47,754 bases of DNA from Candidatus Latescibacterota bacterium (GTDB lineage: Bacteria > Hydrothermota > Tepidihabitantia > Tepidihabitantales > CAIPLT01), in contig JAGXRL010000158.1 of the NCBI GenBank assembly GCA_018335915.1, forward strand, positions 1 through 47,754, written 5' to 3'. Below are positions 1 through 8,406 of this stretch, one piece after another. A program made the translations under genes and the position numbers. A model generated the notes under the pieces. That model had not been told where the DNA came from. It did not search any database and saw only the letters and a program-made list of their open reading frames with translations. How positions within the stretch are numbered: the stretch's first letter is position 1; the number at the start of each line of letters is the position of its first letter.

Positions 1-195
1 GTATGATGTTTGCGACCTAAAAATTCATCTTGTTCTAAACAGAGCGCGGTTTCGATCGAATCTTTTGCACCAGCCAGGGCTATTTTCTCAAGCGTATTAT
101 CAAGATAAACTTTACATTCACGCAGGGCCTCTGTTTATGTTTTTGTTGATTTTTATTGACTCTTGACTTGCCTTTTTATTGTTATAATCTATCAT
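1..195 (-). pseudogene. N-terminal fragment of an IS256-family-like transposase, frameshifted, running off the window
   Basis: ATG at 195 gives MIDYNNKKASQESIKINKNINRGPA-stop(118). The +1 frame is open from 134 to 1 and reads TEALRECKVYLDNTLEKIALAGAKDSIETALCLEQDEFLGRKHH, resembling IS256 N-termini (LE.AL..E..EFLGR). Confidence 0.55.
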
Positions 196-297
196 TGTTG
201 TTCTTTCTGCCGGTATCGGTTTTTGGTTGATACCGGCGCTTTTATTATACCCATAAAAAGGCATATTTTCAATTTCCACATAATTTGATTATATCTC
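1..297 (-). mobile_element. Left end of an IS256-like insertion sequence
   Basis: Candidate terminal repeat TTTCCACATAATTTGATTATATCTC (273-297) upstream of the transposase-like frame; GCCGGTATC/GATACCGGC hairpin at 209-237. Confidence 0.45.
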
Positions 298-310
298 TTT
301 TTTCAACACC

Positions 311-526
311 CTGCCTAACCTGATAGGTAACCTTATCGGCAACCTATTGGGTCGTTTAGTCGGTTGCCTAATAGGCAGTCCACTGGGCTGCCTGGGGGCT
401 GACCTGCTCCACAACCTACCGGCTTGCTGATTAGGACGCCTAATACATAACCGAGCAGATTACCAAATAAACTACCTGTCCGGCAATCGATCGGGTAACC
501 CGCCAACCAATCTGGTTGGCAACCAA
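311..526. repeat. Degenerate 12-bp tandem array, 18 units, consensus NTN GGY AAC CTR
   Basis: In-phase units such as ATAGGTAACCTT, ATCGGCAACCTA, GTCGGTTGCCTA, TCGGGTAACCCG, GTTGGCAACCAA. Confidence 0.75.
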
Positions 527-592
527 GAGAGTCAGGTATGCCGCCCGACCTATTTTTGGCACATATATTGATTCTACAGAATTGCTATATTC

Positions 593-1645
593 TTATTGTT
601 TTATATAAGTTCTGATTTTTTTCAAGTTGTTGATAATAATCTTATTGAATCCAGGTTTATGAAAATCCGCCCCTTGAAAAATGGCCGAAACGACCGCGAT
701 ACCGGTCGTACCGGTTTGAATTACATCCCCAATATTTTGCCGGTTAATCCCACCGATAGCCACAACCGGAATTTTTACTGCCTTAACAATCTGTTGGAGA
801 ATCTTTAATCCAACAACCGGCGCGTTTGCTTTGGTAGATGACTGAAATATTGAGCCGACGCCGACGTATTGTGCGTTTTGTTTTTCTACTTGCAGTGCTT
901 GTTTAATATTTCTAACCGTAATTCCGATTATTTTCGATTCACCTAACAGTTCTTTTGCTTTTTTAATCGGCATATCGTTGCTGCCAAGATGAACCCCGTC
1001 TGCACTAACTGCTAAAGCTATGTCGGTCCGATTATTGATAATAAACTTTGCCTTGGCATTTATTAACGCTTTTTGAATCTGTCGGGCACTGGATAGCCAT
1101 TGTCTGGTTGTTGCTCTTTCTGTTTCGCGCAGTTGAAACATGGTCGCGCCACCCTGTAAACATACTCTGGTTATTTTTGCCAAATTTTTCCTGCCTACAG
1201 TTTTAATATCGATTATTACATATAACTGCGGATTAAATTCTGGCTTCATCTGCACAAAAAGTCTTTTTTCCAAATCGTAGAGCGTAAATCTTAAATCTTT
1301 GAAAAACCCGGCATGCTTTGTATTTATTAACTTAAACAGCTCTTCTAAAATTCGTGATGCTTCCTGGCTGCGCTTAAAATTTACAGTTAAAATATCCACA
1401 ATGTTTCCACGTTTGTGAATATCAAAGCGTATTTTTCTGCCTAAATCTTTTTCGCTTTGCCGGGAAAAAACAACTTGTTTTCTCAGAGTACTAAAATTTT
1501 TCCATAAGTTTTGTTTTGCTTTACGGATTCGATGCAATGATTGCTGGTCCTGAAAATAAAACCGGATTAAGTCTTCAATAGCTTTAATGCCTTCAGACAC
1601 CCGGTTAAAATTCACATCGATAATTTGATTTTTAATATTTAGCAT
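593..1645 (-). CDS. thiE: Thiamine-phosphate synthase with N-terminal ThiD2-like helical domain (long cyanobacterial type)
   Basis: N-terminal NFNRVSEGIKAIED and NFKRSQEASRILEE motifs; TMP-TENI motifs QLRE, INNRTDIA, DGVHLG, PVVAIGGI. Confidence 0.92.
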   Translation of the reverse strand: MLNIKNQIIDVNFNRVSEGIKAIEDLIRFYFQDQQSLHRIRKAKQNLWKNFSTLRKQVVFSRQSEKDLGRKIRFDIHKRGNIVDILTVNFKRSQEASRILEELFKLINTKHAGFFKDLRFTLYDLEKRLFVQMKPEFNPQLYVIIDIKTVGRKNLAKITRVCLQGGATMFQLRETERATTRQWLSSARQIQKALINAKAKFIINNRTDIALAVSADGVHLGSNDMPIKKAKELLGESKIIGITVRNIKQALQVEKQNAQYVGVGSIFQSSTKANAPVVGLKILQQIVKAVKIPVVAIGGINRQNIGDVIQTGTTGIAVVSAIFQGADFHKPGFNKIIINNLKKIRTYIKQ

Positions 1646-1660
1646 AATCTGTCTTTTTAT

Positions 1661-1688
1661 ACTATACTTAAGAAATAGGAACGGTCAA
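1661..1688 (-). promoter_or_regulatory. sigma70-type promoter of thiE
   Basis: TTGACC-16 nt-TATAGT on the minus strand, 15 nt before the ATG. Confidence 0.55.
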
Positions 1689-1769
1689 CCCCGCACCTAT
1701 TTCTTAAAACCTATCGGTATAAACATAAATTTCGTAGTAGTTTTGGCAGTATTAGAAAATAGGTGCGCG
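1689..1769. mobile_element. CCCCGCACC-type miniature inverted-repeat element, copy 1
   Basis: CCCCGCACCTATTT...AAATAGGTGCGCG, flanked by TCAA on both sides (1685-1688, 1770-1773). Confidence 0.7.
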
Positions 1770-1779
1770 TCAACCCCCA

Positions 1780-2026
1780 TAATATAAATATAATATATAA
1801 TAAGTAATATAAGAATATTATTTATATTATAAGTGTGGATAAGCAGGATAAACAAGAGCGGGCTTTATATTTATTGTTATTTCTGTTCCACGCCAAGAAA
1901 ATAATACCTTTAAGAAATGTTGAAAAACAAGTGTTTTTACGACAATTGATAAAACTGCTTGACTTATCCACAATTTTTAAAGGATTATCGACAATTAGCA
2001 AACGGCTTATCCACCGTTTATCGACA
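1780..2026. other. Putative oriC, part downstream of dnaA: AT-rich unwinding element plus DnaA boxes
   Basis: Almost pure A/T tract 1780-1832 next to TGTGGATAA (1834-1842); perfect TTATCCACA at 1964-1972; 1-mismatch boxes at 1985, 2007 and 2018. Confidence 0.8.
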
Positions 2027-3356
2027 TCGTAATCTGGTGAATATCCTGACTTATCTGTTGTTCTTGTTTTTTAAGGCCGGTAATTTTTTCGATAGCATGA
2101 ATCACGGTCGAATGGTCTTTGCCGCCAAAATAGGCGCCGATTTCTTTTAAAGACATACCGCCAAAAGTTCTTAATAAGTACATTGCCACTTGCCTGGCTA
2201 AAACCAGATTTGCGGTCCGTTCTTTAGACTGCATCTGGTCCAATGTTATATTATAATGATGCGCGCAGAGTTCGATGATTTTTAAAGGTTTGGGTGGCGC
2301 CTTGCTAATTTGAAGGTCAGATAAAACTTGTTTGGCAGTTTCCAGGGTTAACGGTGTATTAGTAAGCGAAGCATAACCACTAATCCGAATTAAGGCACCT
2401 TCAAGTTCACGGATATTGGTTCTAATATTCTCGGCAATAAAATAGATTATATCTGGTCCGACACTAATTCGGTCCATTTTCGCCTTATTATTCAAAATCG
2501 CAATCCGGGTTTCAATATCTGGCGGCTTTAAATCACAAACCATACCCGACATTAAACGCGAAACCAATCTTTCTTCAAGCGTTGGAATTTCCCGGGGCGG
2601 ACGGTCTGATGTAAATATAATCTGCCTGCCCATACTTTGCAGATGGTTAAATAAATGAAAAACATCTTCCTGCAACCGTTCTTTTCCTTTAAGATAATGA
2701 ATGTCATCGAGCAAGAGCAAATCAAGAGTGCGATATTTATTGTTAAAAGCAATATGATTACGCTCCTGGATAGATTGGATTAAATCAAGGAACATCTGCT
2801 CGGCTGGAGTATAATAGATTTTGAGTTTCGGATTGGCACTTTTCGCATAATTACCGATTGCGTGCAAGAGATGTGTTTTGCCAAGTCCGACTCCGCCATA
2901 AATAAATAAGGGATTGTATGCTTTTGCCGGTGCATCGGCTACTGCTTTGGCTGCCGCAAAACTGAATCGGTTAGATTCGCCAACGATAAAATTATCAAAA
3001 GCATATCGCAATAACAGGCGCGTACCATTGTTAGACCCGGTTGCAGACGCTGCTGGTTTTGCCACGACTTCTTCCTCTTCTTCAACAAGCAGATTGTCTG
3101 TGTCAATGACTTTAAACTCAATTTTAATATCAGGCACAGAAGATTTGGCAACAACCTGATTTAAATGGTTAAGATAATATTCAGAAATCCACTCGATAAA
3201 AAATTGATTGGGTGCACCCAGCACCAAAGAGCTGTTATTTAAAGACACTATCTGTAAAGATTCAAACCAGGTCGAAACCACATCCTGATTAACTACTGCT
3301 TTTAAACCAGAAATAATTTCAGACCAAATCGATTCCTTAGTTATGTCATTATTCAT
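2007..3356 (-). CDS. dnaA: Chromosomal replication initiator DnaA
   Basis: YNPLFIYGGVGLGKTHL Walker A, LLLDDI Walker B, NIRELEGAL, GGKDHSTVIHA domain IV. Confidence 0.99.
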   Translation of the reverse strand: MNNDITKESIWSEIISGLKAVVNQDVVSTWFESLQIVSLNNSSLVLGAPNQFFIEWISEYYLNHLNQVVAKSSVPDIKIEFKVIDTDNLLVEEEEEVVAKPAASATGSNNGTRLLLRYAFDNFIVGESNRFSFAAAKAVADAPAKAYNPLFIYGGVGLGKTHLLHAIGNYAKSANPKLKIYYTPAEQMFLDLIQSIQERNHIAFNNKYRTLDLLLLDDIHYLKGKERLQEDVFHLFNHLQSMGRQIIFTSDRPPREIPTLEERLVSRLMSGMVCDLKPPDIETRIAILNNKAKMDRISVGPDIIYFIAENIRTNIRELEGALIRISGYASLTNTPLTLETAKQVLSDLQISKAPPKPLKIIELCAHHYNITLDQMQSKERTANLVLARQVAMYLLRTFGGMSLKEIGAYFGGKDHSTVIHAIEKITGLKKQEQQISQDIHQITMSINGG

Positions 3357-3387
3357 CGCCGTTTTGTATCATCATTGTTTCACCAAC

Positions 3388-3481
3388 TTATCCACAAACT
3401 TTTCCACAATTTCAAATTATTTAAATCGTTAAAAAACAAAAATTTACAGCTTGTTAAATAACTTTTCCACAATTTCAAATT
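3388..3481. promoter_or_regulatory. DnaA-box cluster upstream of dnaA (autoregulation or upstream half of oriC)
   Basis: TTATCCACA at 3388-3396; TTTTCCACA at 3400 and 3463, each within a 22-bp direct repeat AACTTTTCCACAATTTCAAATT. Confidence 0.8.
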
Positions 3482-3515
3482 TACTTATTTTCGCTTTTGC
3501 GAATGCTCGAATATC

Positions 3516-3543
3516 ATTCTATGCTAATTTTATGGATTGTCAA
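3516..3543 (-). promoter_or_regulatory. sigma70-type promoter of dnaA
   Basis: TTGACA-16 nt-TAGAAT on the minus strand. Confidence 0.6.
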
Positions 3544-3571
3544 GGATTATTTATTAAAATATGATAAATAT

Positions 3572-5833
3572 TTATTTTTGTCCGGCAACAACAGCCTGGC
3601 CAAAACTAATACCGCCGTCATTGACAGGTGTACGGCGATTGACATAAAACTTGAACCCTTGTTTAGACAAGGCATGCTCAATTCCTTGTAAAACAATTCT
3701 ATTCTGAAACACCCCGCCTGAGCCGCAAACAACCTTAATCTTGTATTTGTCCCCAAAAAAGATAACCCGCGATAGGATTTCAGAAATTATTCTCTGGTGA
3801 AAATGCATTGCAATATCAGAAATAATGCAATTACTCTTTTTCATCTTTATAATTTCTTGCAAAATATTATGCGGGTCAATTAAATTAGAATGTAGAACAT
3901 GGAATATGGAATATGGAATTTTATGGCGGCGTGCTTTCATTGCTTCAGCTTCAAGCCCAATCGGTGCTTCGCCCTCAAAAGTCTGTTTGTGGCAGACACC
4001 CAAAATTGATGCAACCGCGTCAAACAATCGAGCCATACTCGATGTCATAATCATACCAGAATTTCGTCCCGAACTTAATTCAGGATCGAATTTCGAATTT
4101 CGAATTTTTGACAGGTATGTTTTTGCAATTAAACGTGGATTAGTTGTTGCGACATCGCCACCAGCCAATGGCATGTATTTTAAATAAGACAGCCGGTCAA
4201 AACCAGACAAATCCAACTTCATAATCTCGCTTCCCCATATCTGGCCATCAGTTCCATAACCGGTTCCGTCAAAACCAAGGCCAATAACTGGTTTAGTTAA
4301 ACCATTTTCTGCCATAACCCCGGCTAAATGAGCATAATGGTGCTGGGCTCCAATTACTTTAATCCGGTGTTTTTTCGCATATTCTTGAGCTAGACGCACT
4401 GAAATATAATCTGGATGCAGGTCACAAGCAACAATCTCTGGTTTAATATTAAACCATTTCTGATATTTTTCCAGCATTTCAAATAAAAAAGCTATGCTAT
4501 CGCCAGAAATTAAATCGCCAATATATGGACTTAAATAAACCTTATTACCTTGACCGAGCGCAAAACTGTTCTTTAGATCAGAGCCAAACGCCAAAACCGG
4601 CCTTAATCTGATATTGTCTAAAATCAAAGGTTCGGGCACATAACCACGCGAATAACGGACAATAACAGGTCCCTTATAATCGAAAACTATAGAATCATCA
4701 CACCTGGATTCAATTGGCCGATTATGGTCCAAAACATAATCAACAACCTTGTTCAATTTAAGTTGTACTTGATTAAAATCGGCAATAATCGGAGCGCCTT
4801 TAGGATTGGCACTCGTCATTACTAATATATCTGGCAATGTTTCACGTGAAACATTTGCAAATAACAATTTATGTAAAGGCGTATAAGGCAACATTATGCC
4901 AAAACAGTTGTTTTTTGGTGCAATTTGCTCAGAAATCAATGTATTTTTGCGTTTTTGTAATAAAACAATTGGTGAAATTTGAGATTTTAATATCTTTTCT
5001 TCGTTCTTATTAATTTTACATATTAATCTGGCAGTTTTAATGTCTTTACACATTATTGCCATTGGTTTAAACGGTCGGTTTTTTCTTATTCTCACGCTTT
5101 TTACAGCGTTGTTGTTTCTTGCATCGCAAGCAATTTGAAACCCCCCAATGCTTCTTATTGCAACAATCTTGCCTTTTGTTAATAATTCTTGTGTTTTTTT
5201 TATAATAATCCGACTGTCTCCAATTATTATAGTATTGCCTTGTAAATCAGTTAATCTTAATTTAGGTCCACAAACAGGGCAGGCATTTGGTTGGGCATGA
5301 AAACGCCGGTCAGTCGGATTTTCATACTCTGTTTGGCAATTTTCACACATTTTAAAGATTTTCATAGTAGTTCTTGGTCTATCATAGGGCAGGGTTTTGA
5401 TTATTGAATATCTTGGTCCGCACTGCGTACAATTGGTAAAAGGATAAGAATATCTGCGATTTTTTATATTTATAATGTCTTTGCGGCAATCAGGGCAAGT
5501 TGCCATGTCAGGCATTATTTCAACAGTTTCAGCGCTTTTGTAGTTTTCAGCACTTTTTTGTATAAAAAACCCATTAAATTGCATCATTTTTGATATATTT
5601 ATTGATAATTTCGTGATTTTTGATAATATTGGTGGGGTTTTTTTGAGTATTTCAATCAGGATTTTACTGTTTTTTCCTTGTAATACTATTAAAACACCTT
5701 GTTTTGTGTTTTTGACAAACCCTGTTAGATTAAGTTTGAGTGCTTGATTATAAACAAAGGGTCGAAAACCAATTCCTTGAACCCTGCCTTTTGCGAGAAC
5801 AGAATAAGTTATAACTTTGCAGGACTTTTTCAC
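3572..5833 (-). CDS. hypF: [NiFe]-hydrogenase maturation carbamoyltransferase HypF
   Basis: Acylphosphatase motif GRVQGIGFRPFVY, two zinc fingers (CPDC..NCTQCGPR, CENC..RRFHAQPNACPVCGP), HHYAH, DGTGYG, NDGGISFGQ. Confidence 0.97.
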   Translation of the reverse strand: MKKSCKVITYSVLAKGRVQGIGFRPFVYNQALKLNLTGFVKNTKQGVLIVLQGKNSKILIEILKKTPPILSKITKLSINISKMMQFNGFFIQKSAENYKSAETVEIMPDMATCPDCRKDIINIKNRRYSYPFTNCTQCGPRYSIIKTLPYDRPRTTMKIFKMCENCQTEYENPTDRRFHAQPNACPVCGPKLRLTDLQGNTIIIGDSRIIIKKTQELLTKGKIVAIRSIGGFQIACDARNNNAVKSVRIRKNRPFKPMAIMCKDIKTARLICKINKNEEKILKSQISPIVLLQKRKNTLISEQIAPKNNCFGIMLPYTPLHKLLFANVSRETLPDILVMTSANPKGAPIIADFNQVQLKLNKVVDYVLDHNRPIESRCDDSIVFDYKGPVIVRYSRGYVPEPLILDNIRLRPVLAFGSDLKNSFALGQGNKVYLSPYIGDLISGDSIAFLFEMLEKYQKWFNIKPEIVACDLHPDYISVRLAQEYAKKHRIKVIGAQHHYAHLAGVMAENGLTKPVIGLGFDGTGYGTDGQIWGSEIMKLDLSGFDRLSYLKYMPLAGGDVATTNPRLIAKTYLSKIRNSKFDPELSSGRNSGMIMTSSMARLFDAVASILGVCHKQTFEGEAPIGLEAEAMKARRHKIPYSIFHVLHSNLIDPHNILQEIIKMKKSNCIISDIAMHFHQRIISEILSRVIFFGDKYKIKVVCGSGGVFQNRIVLQGIEHALSKQGFKFYVNRRTPVNDGGISFGQAVVAGQK

Positions 5834-5842
5834 ACAACAAGA

Positions 5843-7093
5843 TTATGTCTTTAAGGGTTTTTTCTCAGCCGCAGGGAACAAGACATTATTAAGTATTAAA
5901 CGATAACCAGGGGAGTTTTTATGAAGTTCGAGATTGGTCGGTGGGTCGCCAATCCGGTGGGCAAAGTCTTCTGGGTCGTGTCCACCGAGAAAGGTGAATG
6001 TTCCTTTACCGTGTTTACCATGAATGTATTTTACTTGTTCGGTATTTGCAATGTCGCCAAGAATCAGAATGTTATCCTTGATTTTATCGCGACGAAATCC
6101 ACAATTTTGACCTAAAAATTCTTTAACTAAAGAAACATGGTTCTGAACCAACATGGTCGGCACCGGGTCATATTTTGCCGAAAAATCGAAAAGCGAGAAA
6201 TAGACATTAGAACCACGGGCAATTGTTTCTAAGTATGTATCAATGTCTGAATGTTCGTATATATTTGGGTTTATGATTGGTGTAAAGTTTTGAAAGGCAA
6301 GGCATTTGGTATAATCCAATTTGCTCATAAAATCCGGGTCAACCGGGTCGCCGTCAAACTCAGCCGGCACAATATCTGTGTTTTCTGCGGCTAAGGCAAT
6401 ATCTGGCGTATCTGTGGCAGAGCACATTGCAAATACCATTCCGCCCGATTCAATATATTTTTTTACTTGTTGAATCACGGCGAGTTTTAATTTTGATACC
6501 TTGTTAAACCCTAGAGATTTAGCCATTAACTGATTGAGTATAACATCTTGCTGATACCATTCTGTACCATGATAATGGGCGCCAAATTTGCCAAACTGAC
6601 CGGTAAAATCTTCGTGGTGCAAATGTAGCCAGTCATATTTGTATAATTTACCTTCAAGAACCTCTTTATCCCAGAGTTTGTCATAAGGGATTTTAGCATA
6701 ATCAAGTGCGAGTTGTACTGCGTCGTCCCATGGTAGCGCATTCGGCGGAACATATACTGCGATCTTGGGCGCCTTTTCCAAAAGAATAGCATCCATGTTT
6801 TCCTGTTCAATAATTTTTCGAATCGAAATCTCCTGACCCGGATCTATTATTTCAGTTCTGACGCCTCGAATCTGACACAATCTAATTATCGATGGGTCCT
6901 CAGGTAATAAAAAAGAACCACCCCGGTAATTTAATAACCACTCAGCGGTTACGCCTTGTTCCAGGACTGTATAAGCCACACCATAAGCCATTAAATGATT
7001 TGTCTGCGTTAAATCCATCGGAATCAGCAGTTTGGCAAATATAACCGACTGAAATAACAGGGTAAATAGTGTTGTATATAATAATTTTCTCAT
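5843..7093 (-). CDS. Conserved exported protein with class I glutamine amidotransferase-like features (family often loosely labelled asparagine synthetase B)
   Basis: Signal peptide; LIPMD..QTNHLMAYG, WLLNYRGGSF, PWDDAV, WLHLHHEDFTGQ, FAMCSATD, GGHDPED, SPGYRLILNN motifs. Confidence 0.7.
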   Translation of the reverse strand: MRKLLYTTLFTLLFQSVIFAKLLIPMDLTQTNHLMAYGVAYTVLEQGVTAEWLLNYRGGSFLLPEDPSIIRLCQIRGVRTEIIDPGQEISIRKIIEQENMDAILLEKAPKIAVYVPPNALPWDDAVQLALDYAKIPYDKLWDKEVLEGKLYKYDWLHLHHEDFTGQFGKFGAHYHGTEWYQQDVILNQLMAKSLGFNKVSKLKLAVIQQVKKYIESGGMVFAMCSATDTPDIALAAENTDIVPAEFDGDPVDPDFMSKLDYTKCLAFQNFTPIINPNIYEHSDIDTYLETIARGSNVYFSLFDFSAKYDPVPTMLVQNHVSLVKEFLGQNCGFRRDKIKDNILILGDIANTEQVKYIHGKHGKGTFTFLGGHDPEDFAHRIGDPPTNLELHKNSPGYRLILNNVLFPAAEKKPLKT

Positions 7094-8061
7094 GGTTTAT
7101 AAATCCTGGTGCCGACTTTGGCGTGGAAAATAGATTTACTAAGATTTTTAGGGTCGGTTATAATTGTTGTTCGGTTTCGGGTGTTTTTTATAAACACAAT
7201 GCCGGCGCTGATTTTTGGCCCCATGTTTCCTTGCCCAAAATGCCCTTGGTCAAGGTACTTTTGCGCCTGTTTTATAGTAATCTTATATAATGGTTTTTGA
7301 CGCGGTTGGTTGAAATAGATATATGCGCAATCAACGCTGGTCGATATGAGTAAAATATCCGCCCTGATTAGGTTTGCGAGCAATGCCGAAGTTAAGTCTT
7401 TATCAATAACAGCCGACAGCGGAACAAGTTGTCCACGGGAATTTCTAAAAACTGGAATACCACCGCCCCCGCCAGCAATCACAACCACGCCAGATTCGAT
7501 AAGACATTGAATTTCATTTAGTTCAACAATTTGGTTTGGTTGGGGGGAGCTGACCAGTCGTCTGAATCCACGGCCGGCGTCTTCTTTCATAATCCATTTC
7601 CGTTCGGTTTGGAGGGTAAACGCTTCTTTTTTGGAATAAAACGGGCCGACCGGTTTTGTGTAATTGCTAAAGGCAGGGTCTTTTTTATCTACTATAACCT
7701 GGGTAATGACCGTTACCACATCGCGTTTAATTTTTCGACTGAGCAATTCATTTTTTAATGATTGTTGAATCATGTATCCGATTTGGCTTTGAGTTATTGC
7801 ATTTGCCATGTCGAGCGGTATATCAGGCATGTGATTGCGGGTAAGGTATGAGCGAATTAAAATGTCGCCAACTTGCGGTCCGTTGCCATGCGTAATGACA
7901 ACACGGTATCCCTGTTCAATTATATCGGCAATGTTTTGCGTGGTTTCTTTGACGGTCTCAAGTTGTTCGTCAAAACTTGTCGATTGGCTGCCGTTTCTGA
8001 TTAATGAATTTCCGCCAATCGCAACTACAATCGTTTTCGCATTTAAAGAGATTTTACCCAT
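7090..8061 (-). CDS. arcC: Carbamate kinase
   Basis: VAIGGNSL, THGNGPQVG, TKPVGPFY, EDAGRGFRRLV, GGGGIPV, VIDKD, MGPKI. Confidence 0.95.
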   Translation of the reverse strand: MGKISLNAKTIVVAIGGNSLIRNGSQSTSFDEQLETVKETTQNIADIIEQGYRVVITHGNGPQVGDILIRSYLTRNHMPDIPLDMANAITQSQIGYMIQQSLKNELLSRKIKRDVVTVITQVIVDKKDPAFSNYTKPVGPFYSKKEAFTLQTERKWIMKEDAGRGFRRLVSSPQPNQIVELNEIQCLIESGVVVIAGGGGGIPVFRNSRGQLVPLSAVIDKDLTSALLANLIRADILLISTSVDCAYIYFNQPRQKPLYKITIKQAQKYLDQGHFGQGNMGPKISAGIVFIKNTRNRTTIITDPKNLSKSIFHAKVGTRIYKP

Positions 8062-8066
8062 AATAA

Positions 8067-8095
8067 AGTTTATTAAGAAAATCTTGGCATGTCAA
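8067..8095 (-). promoter_or_regulatory. sigma70-type promoter of the arcC operon, probably leaderless
   Basis: TTGACA-17 nt-TAAACT, then 5 nt, then ATG; no Shine-Dalgarno. Confidence 0.65.
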
Positions 8096-8186
8096 CCCCG
8101 CACCTTTTCTCATAAAACATAAAACTCGAAACTTGAAACATTGTTTTTTTTAAGTGTTATATGATTCATGTTTCATGGTTTTTAGA
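8096..8186. repeat. Single CCCCGCACC element end followed by a short-period (7-8 bp) imperfect hairpin
   Basis: TCAA-CCCCGCACCTTTTCT at 8092-8110; AAACATAAAACTCGAAACTTGAAACA mirrored by TGTTATATGATTCATGTTTCATGGTTTT. Confidence 0.55.
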
Positions 8187-8234
8187 AATTGTAATTTAGA
8201 CCTTGACAGAATCTGATTTTATTTATATTCTGAT

Positions 8235-8384
8235 ATGATGATAAATCTCGATGACCGCAACAAACCGAGATTGATAATGCGTAAGCGTCAATTCAAACCA
8301 CCGTTAAAATGGATTGTTATCGGTGGAATGGCAATTATCTTATTAATCATTATCTTTTATTTCAAGAAATTTATTGGCCTATAA
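8235..8384 (+). CDS. Small single-pass membrane protein (48-49 aa), absent from the ORF track
   Basis: MMINLDDRNKPRLIMRKRQFKPPLKWIVIGGMAIILLIIIFYFKKFIGL; preceded by TTGACA(8203)-17 nt-TATTCT(8226). Confidence 0.6.
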   Translation: MMINLDDRNKPRLIMRKRQFKPPLKWIVIGGMAIILLIIIFYFKKFIGL

Positions 8385-8406
8385 TAAATAATTTTATGGA
8401 GGAAGT

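Noticed and set aside
311..526. CRISPR array or DnaA-box array
   Set aside because: No identical repeats with unique spacers; the units do not match TTATCCACA.
1646..1780. TPP riboswitch upstream of thiE
   Set aside because: No CTGAGA/ACCTGAT core, and the predicted leader is only a few nucleotides.
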